Origin: Chthonomonadales bacterium
GTDB lineage: Bacteria; Armatimonadota; Chthonomonadetes; Chthonomonadales; CAJBBX01
Assembly: GCA_037443035.1 (NCBI GenBank)
Contig: JBBIPC010000007.1
Location: 32,001-96,000 of the forward strand
Direction of reading: 5' to 3'
DNA length: 64,000 nt
Positions 56,748-64,000 of this stretch are shown piece by piece. The notes under the pieces are model-generated. The model had not been told where the DNA came from and made no database searches. It worked only from the letters and a program-made list of their open reading frames with translations. Each line of letters opens with the position of its first letter. The stretch's first letter is position 1. The position numbers were made by a program, and so were the translations under genes.

Positions 56748-58681
56748 GGTTCCGGAAAGCGTCCGGAGAGTGTGCGATCGAAGAGATATACATCCAGTAC
56801 TGCTTCGATCCTAGGCTCCCGTTCCCACGCGGTTCTGGACGCCTGCTGCCAGAACGCATAGGCGGCCGCTCGGTCGCCCTTCTCGCGTGCATCGTATGCG
56901 CGCGCCAGCGGCTCGACGATGGCAGCATGGTGCAGCAGGTACCGCCACGAGGCTGACCACACAGGTTGCGCATCGGCAGCGTGGCGTTCCATCACTGGCC
57001 GAAAGCTCTGGATGACTTCCGGCACGCGCCCGAAGGCCGGCCCACGATCGCACCGGACGTTCACCGACTCTGCGGTCTTCTCTCGGTCCCCGCGGAGGTA
57101 AGGAGGATCGAACATCTCGGAAAGCTCGTAGAGATAGCCTCGTACAGCTCGCCAATCGGGACCGAAAGCTGCCTGGAAGTACTCTTCCTCGATTGCGCCA
57201 AAGGAGCGACCAGGATCCCAGAGGCCAGCAGCCATGGCATACATGCCTAGCCCCGTTGGCAAGAATGCGCGTTGGGTCTGGCAACTCATGAAACCGTTCA
57301 GTCCGATGGCGGCCAGTCTTCGAACGTCTTCGTGCAGAATTGAAGCGATACTGCAGTAGCCCGGATCGTTGTAGTGGTCCCACATGAAGTGGTAGTCGAA
57401 ATCGAAGCCGTCCCCCTTGAAAGCGCGCTCCCAGGCTCGCAGAAACGCTACATTGGCGGTCACGGAACGGGGGAACTGGAGCCGATTGCGCTCGAATGGG
57501 GGCAGATCCGGCAGGTGCTCCATATCCGCCTCGAACGGCCGACTGTAGGAACGCGTGATGGGCGCGAACATGAGCACGAAACGTTCCGGGTGGGCGATCA
57601 CCTCTCGTTCCGGAGGCCAGAGGAGGTCCACGTAGATGAGGAAGACGATTTTCGTGTCGAGCCCCTGCCTGGTGAGTGCAGCGTCGAGCTCGTTCAGTAG
57701 CATCACGTAGAAGTCCGACGGCCTCGCCTGCACGCAGTTCTCGCACTCGCAGTTGTTGTTGGCGCCATCCGCCAGCCAGACGTGCAAGAGATCTACCGCC
57801 GGATGCTCCTGCACATACCGCACCATGTCCTCGACCATGATGCGCCGAACCTCGGGGTTGGAGTAGCAGAGGTTCGTGTTGAGTGGTATGCCCTCCCAGA
57901 CATCTCGTTTCCCATTCACCATGGCAAGATAGGGCACGGCTTCGGGAGGCGCCTGGACGGGTTCGAACTCCCATCCCAGACCTGCCATACCGAATGGTTC
58001 GCATGTCCAGCCATGCCCAACCGCGTGATACAGAAGGTCACGCCGCTCGATCTCGGCGACGATACGCTCGAGGATGCCCCTCGCTTGCTCGATCGAGAAC
58101 GGTTCCGCCTCTCGGTAAGGATTGTACTGATGGGAGTACCACCGGTTGAAGAACGTGAAACTCTCCCGGAACTGGGTGAAATAGGCGTTCATCCCGACGC
58201 GTGGGAGCCACTCCACGATGCCCCGCACATGTTCTTCGCTGACAGCGCCTTCGATGCAGATTCCCCTGTGACGGTAAGCCGGCTTCTCCCTGAGCTGGCA
58301 GCTCAGTTCCGGCAGGTGGTCGGGCACGTACTCGCCGTCGCTACCAGGACGGACCCAACGACAGCCCAGCTCCCTCAAGAATCGATAGACTGCCAGAAGC
58401 ACGCTGCGCGGGTTCGTACCGGTGAGCACACCGGTCCCCTGCTGAACGCTCACGAAGATCGCATCGTCCAAGCGCCGGTCCGGGACGGGAGGAAGATCCA
58501 CCGCGGGCAGATCTCCGGCCGACGCCACCCATAGCCCTGGCACGTCGGCATCGTACGTCTCGGCTGAGATGCTGGGGACCGGTGCACCACACATAGCTCC
58601 GAGACAGCGTGACAGCTCCTCGGCGGCGTACTGCACTGTTGGATGGGACCCGATGGTCCTGACAATAGGGGCTTCTGGCAT
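56744..58681 (-). CDS. DUF4838-like / glycoside-hydrolase-like protein
   Basis: YAAEEL..L, LTG.NPRSVL.AVY.FL..LGCRW..PG, HRG, LCYSNP, WLADG.N..CEC..C. Confidence 0.7.
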   Translation of the reverse strand: MPEAPIVRTIGSHPTVQYAAEELSRCLGAMCGAPVPSISAETYDADVPGLWVASAGDLPAVDLPPVPDRRLDDAIFVSVQQGTGVLTGTNPRSVLLAVYRFLRELGCRWVRPGSDGEYVPDHLPELSCQLREKPAYRHRGICIEGAVSEEHVRGIVEWLPRVGMNAYFTQFRESFTFFNRWYSHQYNPYREAEPFSIEQARGILERIVAEIERRDLLYHAVGHGWTCEPFGMAGLGWEFEPVQAPPEAVPYLAMVNGKRDVWEGIPLNTNLCYSNPEVRRIMVEDMVRYVQEHPAVDLLHVWLADGANNNCECENCVQARPSDFYVMLLNELDAALTRQGLDTKIVFLIYVDLLWPPEREVIAHPERFVLMFAPITRSYSRPFEADMEHLPDLPPFERNRLQFPRSVTANVAFLRAWERAFKGDGFDFDYHFMWDHYNDPGYCSIASILHEDVRRLAAIGLNGFMSCQTQRAFLPTGLGMYAMAAGLWDPGRSFGAIEEEYFQAAFGPDWRAVRGYLYELSEMFDPPYLRGDREKTAESVNVRCDRGPAFGRVPEVIQSFRPVMERHAADAQPVWSASWRYLLHHAAIVEPLARAYDAREKGDRAAAYAFWQQASRTAWEREPRIEAVLDVYLFDRTLSGRFPEP

Positions 58682-58710
58682 GTGTATCACCTCTCTCTTC
58701 CGGCGCGACG

Positions 58711-60570
58711 CTAGCCGATTCGCAGAACGCTGAGAAACGCTTCCTGTGGTATCTCCACGCTGCCGATCTGCTTCATCCGCTTTTTCCCTTCCTTCTGCTT
58801 CTCGAGCAGCTTCCGCTTTCTCGTGATGTCGCCGCCATAGCACTTGGCGGTTACGTTCTTCCGAAATGGTCGCACCGACTCGGCGGCGATGATCTTGCCA
58901 CCTATGGCCGCCTGTATACGTACTTCGAACTGCTGGCGCGGCACGACCTCCTTCATTTTCTCCACGAGGGCCCTCGCACGCTGATACGCCTTGTCGCGAT
59001 GAGTGATCAGCGACAGCGCATCCACCATCTCGCCGTTCACCAACACGTCCAGCTTGATGAGCTTTCCTTCGCGGTAGCCTATCGGTTCATAGTCGAAGGA
59101 TGCGTAGCCCCGCGTACGGCTCTTGAGCTGATCATAGAAATCCAACAGAATCTCCGCCAACGGGAGCCTGTAGTGCAGCAGCACCCTGTCGCGGTACTGC
59201 TCGGCCTCGTTGGCGGGTGGACCGGTAGCAGTGCCCACTCTGGCGTGGGTGATATGCTCCATGCGCACGAACTCGCCACGTCTCTCCCTGGCCAGCTCCA
59301 TGATGGCCCCAACGAATGCCGACGGTACGAAGATCGTCGCGTCCACGTACGGCTCTTCGATGGAATGAATGCGGGCAGGGTCCGGAAATCGAGCCGGATT
59401 GTCCACTTCCACAGTCGTGCCATCGGTAAGGTGAACCCGAAACACCACCGACGGCGATGTGGCGATGAGCCGAAGACCGAACTCCCGTTCGAGTCGTTCT
59501 TGGATGATCTCCATGTGGAGTAGGCCCAGGAATCCACACCGGTAGCCGAATCCTAGGGCGGCGGATGTTTCCGGTTCGAAGGAAAGGGCCGCATCGTTGA
59601 GTTGGAGCTTCTCCAGAGCCTCTCGAAGGTCAGGGTAGTCCTTGCTGTCTATCGGATAGAGGCCGCAGAACACCATGGGTTTGGCCTTCCGATAGCCAGG
59701 CAGCGGCTGCGACGCGGGATGCTGGGCTGTCGTGATCGTGTCTCCGACGTTCGCATCGCCGATGGTCTTGATCCCGGCAGTGAGAAAGCCCACTTCTCCC
59801 GTGCGGAGGACTTCCGTCTGCTCCATGCGCGGTCTGAAGATCCCGACGGTACTGACTTCGAAATCCCGCCCGGTGGACATGAAACGGATGCGCATGCCGG
59901 GCTTAACGTAGCCGTCTACCACACGGATGTAGCACACGACGCCGAGATAGCTGTCGAAGTGGCTATCGAAAACAAGCGCCCGTAGCGGGCCTGTGGGATC
60001 GCCCGATGGCGGCGGTATTCTCTGGACGACCTGCTCGAGGACCTCTCGGGTGCCGATGCCCTGCTTGGCACTGGCAAGCACGGCATCGTGAGCCTCGACG
60101 GCAAGGATATTCTCGATATCCTCACGCACTCGCTCTGGATCGGCCGCCGGCAGGTCCACCTTGTTGATGACAGGAATGATGGTCAACCCATTGTTGTAGG
60201 CAAGGTTGACATTGGCAACGGTCTGAGCTTCGACGCCCTGAGCTGCATCCACCACCAGCACGGCTCCCTCGCAAGCCGCCAGCGATCGGGACACTTCGTA
60301 GGTGAAGTCCACGTGGCCAGGGGTGTCAATGAGGTTCAGCTCGTACTCCTGACCATCCAGCGCCGTGTAGTTGAGTCGTACGGCCGTCATCTTGATCGTG
60401 ATGCCACGCTCCCGCTCGATGTCCATGGTATCCAGGAGCTGGTCCTGCATCTCCCGCTCGTCGATGGCGCCCGTCAGTTCGAGGATACGGTCGGCGAGCG
60501 TGGACTTGCCATGGTCCACGTGGGCAATGATGCAGAAGTTCCGTATATGGGACTGCGAACGGGCTTCCAT
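58711..60570 (-). CDS. lepA: Elongation factor 4 (LepA)
   Basis: [62 protein letters not shown]. Confidence 0.98.
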   Translation of the reverse strand: MEARSQSHIRNFCIIAHVDHGKSTLADRILELTGAIDEREMQDQLLDTMDIERERGITIKMTAVRLNYTALDGQEYELNLIDTPGHVDFTYEVSRSLAACEGAVLVVDAAQGVEAQTVANVNLAYNNGLTIIPVINKVDLPAADPERVREDIENILAVEAHDAVLASAKQGIGTREVLEQVVQRIPPPSGDPTGPLRALVFDSHFDSYLGVVCYIRVVDGYVKPGMRIRFMSTGRDFEVSTVGIFRPRMEQTEVLRTGEVGFLTAGIKTIGDANVGDTITTAQHPASQPLPGYRKAKPMVFCGLYPIDSKDYPDLREALEKLQLNDAALSFEPETSAALGFGYRCGFLGLLHMEIIQERLEREFGLRLIATSPSVVFRVHLTDGTTVEVDNPARFPDPARIHSIEEPYVDATIFVPSAFVGAIMELARERRGEFVRMEHITHARVGTATGPPANEAEQYRDRVLLHYRLPLAEILLDFYDQLKSRTRGYASFDYEPIGYREGKLIKLDVLVNGEMVDALSLITHRDKAYQRARALVEKMKEVVPRQQFEVRIQAAIGGKIIAAESVRPFRKNVTAKCYGGDITRKRKLLEKQKEGKKRMKQIGSVEIPQEAFLSVLRIG

Positions 60571-60609
60571 GTTGGGCGTATGTCCTGCGCTGCCGGGTCG
60601 TACGGCGTG

Positions 60610-60672
60610 ATTATAGCATTCGCTCAGTCGCGACGCCGGGGCAGCACACCGACGGGAGTAGAGGTGTATAAT
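60610..60672. promoter_or_regulatory. Divergent -10 elements for lepA and the Gly-rich gene
   Basis: Minus strand TGcTATAAT at 60610-60618; plus strand TATAAT at 60667-60672. Confidence 0.6.
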
Positions 60673-60731
60673 GACGCCGAATGCGTCGGCAAACGGTGTG
60701 GGCTCGGCCTGCACCTGGAAAGGCAGAGGAG

Positions 60732-61061
60732 ATGCTACGCAAAGAAATCAGTCCTATCACTGCCATTCTTGTCATCGTAATACTCGCTGCTGTAGCCGCC
60801 GGAGTGTACTTCATCGCGACCAAGCGGTCTGCGCCGCGCTACGATCCTAAGAAGGCTGCCGAGCTCAATGCAGCCAGGGGTCAGGCCGCCTTCCGATCCA
60901 TGATGAGCGGGAGCGGCGGCATGATGTCACCAGGTGCTGCGGGCTATCGTGGTTCGGGCGGTTACGGCGGTGGTATGTCCGGAGGCTACCGCGGAGGTAT
61001 GTCGGGCGGCTATGGTGGCGGCATGTCCGGAGGCTATGGCGGGATGAGCGGGGGGCGCTAG
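60732..61061 (+). CDS. Small membrane-anchored protein with a Gly/Met/Tyr-rich repeat tail
   Basis: AGAGGAG RBS; single N-terminal TM; SGGY(G/R)GGM repeats. Confidence 0.8.
   Translation: MLRKEISPITAILVIVILAAVAAGVYFIATKRSAPRYDPKKAAELNAARGQAAFRSMMSGSGGMMSPGAAGYRGSGGYGGGMSGGYRGGMSGGYGGGMSGGYGGMSGGR
60954..61049 (+). repeat. Coding tandem repeat, about 4 x 24 bp
   Basis: [31 protein letters not shown], with synonymous differences between copies. Confidence 0.85.
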
Positions 61062-61199
61062 AAAGCACCTGCCAATCCTCGCCAGCCTCGGTGGTTCCAC
61101 GCTCGGCGTCGGTGACCTCCCTCTCGATCCGCGCCGTCTAGGGCATCATCGTGAGCCCGACGGGAGTGCAGTGCGAGGGACGGCCCCACGCAGGAGGCA

Positions 61200-61619
61200 T
61201 CAGGCTTCACCGATGACCGTTACGATGAGAACTCGCCGCCGCGGTCGGATGTCGCATTCCACTAGGAACACCTGCTGCCACGTTCCCAGTGCGGGCGCGC
61301 CGTCCGTCACCGGGAACGTCACCGATTGCCCGAGCAGTGTCGCCTGAAGATGGGAGTGGCCGTTGCCGTCGTGCCAAGTCTGCTCGTGGGCGTAATCTGG
61401 GCTCGGCGGAGCCAGTGAGTCGAGCAGCCGCGGCAGGTCCTGCTTCAGACCTCGCTCACACTCCATCAAGCCGATGCCACCAGTGCTGCCCTGCACGAAA
61501 ACGTGCGCGATACCCGTCTTGATGCCTGACGCCCTGACCACTGCGGTCACTTGTGGCGTGATGTCCTGCACCTCACGATGCCCACTTGTCGGTACTTCGA
61601 ATGTCTCTTGTCTTACCAT
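61200..61619 (-). CDS. YjbQ/UPF0047 family protein
   Basis: DIT..V, GSTG, Y.HE..W.DGNGHSHL, LGTWQ. Confidence 0.92.
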   Translation of the reverse strand: MVRQETFEVPTSGHREVQDITPQVTAVVRASGIKTGIAHVFVQGSTGGIGLMECERGLKQDLPRLLDSLAPPSPDYAHEQTWHDGNGHSHLQATLLGQSVTFPVTDGAPALGTWQQVFLVECDIRPRRRVLIVTVIGEA

Positions 61620-61662
61620 TGCGCTGTCCCCAATCGTACACAGGCCGGCCGCAGCCATCTTC

Positions 61663-63591
61663 CTAAGGCCAGAAATCGTAGGCCCTGATTCCCAGAGCGA
61701 TGCCGTACAGCGACCAGAAGCATCCGACGAGCATCTCGCCCAGGATCATACCGAGGAAGAACGGCACTGCGGTTCGATAAAGCCGGAGGCCGCCGTATCG
61801 CATGGTGACGGCCTTGAGTATGCATCCGATCGTCACAGGTAACCAGATCTGCGCCATGCCCCATGAGTTCGCCACAGCGTAGCCCAGAGGGTGGAAGGGA
61901 AACCACGCGAACCGTACCCGCATGGCAGCCATACCCAATGACAGCACGAACGAGATGCCGGCGGCTATGAGACTGCCGTAGTTGGCAGTCCCGGGGGTCA
62001 GGAACCACTCGTGCAGCCGTCCGAAGTTCTCTCCAGGGAACTCACGCGGCCACCTCTCGACCCTTGCGGTACCGGCACCCAGCTCGTAGGCTCGGCTGAG
62101 GTATGCCCAGAAGACGCCAACTCCTCCCACACAGGCGGCCAGCATGATACCCCTTACAACGGCCTTCTGACTCGCACCGGTGGCATCTGCTAGTTTCATG
62201 CCTTCGAGAGCGTGCGGAGCAGGGTTGGCGAAGTAGGTCCTGTTGAACCAATAGGTCAGCGCGAAGCCCACGAGATTGCGAGGACCCAATCGCGTAGGCC
62301 CCACCGAAGCCAGGAGGGGATTCAGCGGCCCCATGAAATGCATGTCATGGATAGGGAACCCGAACTCGGCGCGGATCCTCGTGATGACCACAACCAGCAC
62401 AAAGTAGAGCGCGAAGAATGCCACGGCTACCCATGCGGACATGCCCATGGCCACGCAGAACGCGCTGAGCGCCGCCACGCCCAGAATCATGCCTATCAGA
62501 GCATGCCGGTAGCGTATGGGCTCGTCCGCATCGCTCGCCGTTGACGCGCCGCTGACGGCTTGCTTGAGGATATCTGCAAGATCGCGCCTGGCCGCCCACA
62601 GCGCTGTGGCAGCCACCGCCATGTAGGCCCCGAACGCTTGGCCGTGCTCGTAAGGTGGGTAGTTGTTGAAGCCAGCCCCACTCGTGAAGCTCTGCTCGAT
62701 GCCCAGGGCTGTCACAGCCACAAGCTCCAGCTTGTAGAGAACATAGAAGACCGACAACGAGAACGAGAGATCCAAGGGCATGATGAAGGCCAAACCAATG
62801 GCGAAGAAATAGAAGGAGATCTTGACGTTGCCCATACCCTTCCACGGCATGGCCGTGATGTAGGGGTCAATGTCCTGGCGCTTGATCGGGATCATGGGCA
62901 CAACTGGCCAGAAGTACGCGATGCCGTTGAGCAGCGTCACACCACCCGCCAGCGCGAACCCGGCCCACAGCACGCGGCTCCGCCAGAACACGGATCCGGT
63001 CGTCATCTCCAGCGGCAGGTATACCGATGGATAGGTCAGTCTCTCGGCTACCATCCAACGGCGCCTCAAGAACGTGTTCACGCAGAGCATGGTGTAGATC
63101 AACACAACGATGAAACCGGACCACAGCAAGACGGGCACCAGCCAGGGCATCCAGTTCTCGGCTAGATACAGCGAGCTGTTGCCGGAGTAGAAGCGGCGGA
63201 CGGCTCCCGGGTCATCCACCATGAACCGTCGGGGCAAGTACGGCATGAACGTCGTCTGCCACCTGTTGCCGATACCAGCGTAGGCGAATGGAAATGGGAG
63301 AAAAGAAACGAGGAGCTGGCCCATCTGCTGGGCGCCAAGGGCCGAACCGATGCACATCATCGTGAAGACGCAGAGCAGTTCTGCCCGTGTCAGGGTCAAG
63401 CATCTCGTGGCTTGCCAACGGCTGCAAAGGCCGTTGACTCCTATCAGCGCCGCCAGGAGCGCGATCGTATTGCAGAAAGGAACGGCGTTGGTAAACAGCG
63501 ACCAGCGTACGAGTTCGGCCTCGATGAGCCAACGCTGATTCAGAAGGACCAGAAGCACACCGATAACATACGTGCGTGCGCGTATGGACAA
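61663..63591 (-). CDS. DUF6785/DUF6784-like polytopic membrane protein
   Basis: W..W..P...W, RRRW...ERL.YP, F.IG.AF..P.D.SFS, RIRAE.G.P, W.P.HP.GY, PFF.G.ILGE. Confidence 0.75.
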   Translation of the reverse strand: MSIRARTYVIGVLLVLLNQRWLIEAELVRWSLFTNAVPFCNTIALLAALIGVNGLCSRWQATRCLTLTRAELLCVFTMMCIGSALGAQQMGQLLVSFLPFPFAYAGIGNRWQTTFMPYLPRRFMVDDPGAVRRFYSGNSSLYLAENWMPWLVPVLLWSGFIVVLIYTMLCVNTFLRRRWMVAERLTYPSVYLPLEMTTGSVFWRSRVLWAGFALAGGVTLLNGIAYFWPVVPMIPIKRQDIDPYITAMPWKGMGNVKISFYFFAIGLAFIMPLDLSFSLSVFYVLYKLELVAVTALGIEQSFTSGAGFNNYPPYEHGQAFGAYMAVAATALWAARRDLADILKQAVSGASTASDADEPIRYRHALIGMILGVAALSAFCVAMGMSAWVAVAFFALYFVLVVVITRIRAEFGFPIHDMHFMGPLNPLLASVGPTRLGPRNLVGFALTYWFNRTYFANPAPHALEGMKLADATGASQKAVVRGIMLAACVGGVGVFWAYLSRAYELGAGTARVERWPREFPGENFGRLHEWFLTPGTANYGSLIAAGISFVLSLGMAAMRVRFAWFPFHPLGYAVANSWGMAQIWLPVTIGCILKAVTMRYGGLRLYRTAVPFFLGMILGEMLVGCFWSLYGIALGIRAYDFWP

Positions 63592-63650
63592 GCTCCCGCC
63601 CTCAGTTGTCAGGCCTGACCCAAGGCCTACCGGATCCTACGGCCTCGCAT

Positions 63651-64000
63651 TCAACACGACCGTGCCCCGTGACCGTTGGATCCTCCGCGCCGCCTAGCGT
63701 CCGCCACCGCTCTCAGGGCTGCCATTCTGGCGGCCAGTAGCTTGCGACGTATCTCGCGGACATCCAGCCACGCCAGTACGAGCAGTACGCCCGTCAGCCC
63801 GAAACAGAGCGTCCAGTAGGCGCCGATCGTTGCGATGCGCACCGCTACAGCCCGCCTTGCGCGCTCTGCCTCGGGCGATGGTTCCACGCCAGCACGCCTC
63901 GCTTGCACCGCCTGCCGCGCCAGGTCACGCACCATCGCATTGCCAACGCTTCGGAAGAAGGGATGGATCGTACCGTTCGCAAGCAGCGCGATGATGGCCA
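63651..64000 (-). CDS. Hypothetical membrane protein (5' end off the window)
   Basis: Frame stays open to the window edge; TM segment YWTLCFGLTGVLLVLAWLD; co-oriented with the downstream gene. Confidence 0.6.
   Translation of the reverse strand, partial: AIIALLANGTIHPFFRSVGNAMVRDLARQAVQARRAGVEPSPEAERARRAVAVRIATIGAYWTLCFGLTGVLLVLAWLDVREIRRKLLAARMAALRAVADARRRGGSNGHGARSC

Noticed and set aside
1..64000. CRISPR array, rRNA, prophage or defence system
   Set aside because: No regularly spaced repeats or recognisable cas, phage or defence genes were seen by eye.

Overview
GC-rich bacterial chromosomal window. It is most consistent with an anaerobic or facultative Armatimonadota (inference from the [29 protein letters not shown] prepilin/DUF1559 protein, a DUF6785-like membrane protein, and SLH, YjbH and Lnt genes). 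Housekeeping genes are rsmA, efp, lnt, murA, mreB, lepA and tRNA-Pro(CGG), mixed with secreted glycoside-hydrolase-like proteins. Two redox loci stand out. (1) 11022-21593 is a tightly packed 8-gene operon. It joins two PQQ-like beta-propellers, three consecutive Tat-signal proteins and a NapH-like membrane Fe-S protein to a bifurcating-type NuoE-NuoF (HydC-HydB) fusion, plus a HydA/NfnA-like subunit with no catalytic or NADPH-binding domain. This is my best candidate for an undescribed system. (2) 45151-55668 is a Hyc-like group 4 [NiFe]-hydrogenase operon whose input module is a formate-dehydrogenase homologue missing its catalytic residues, plus AsrA/AsrB-like NAD(P)H subunits and a standalone cNMP-binding protein. 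Other oddities: an accB with Arg in place of the biotinyl-Lys in an efp-accB-accC locus, a lower-GC GT-C-like gene bracketed by two IS-end-like miniature elements, and a structured leader upstream of the G5/3D-rsmA operon. No CRISPR array, rRNA, prophage or intact transposase was seen. All assignments come from reading motifs by eye; no searches were run.
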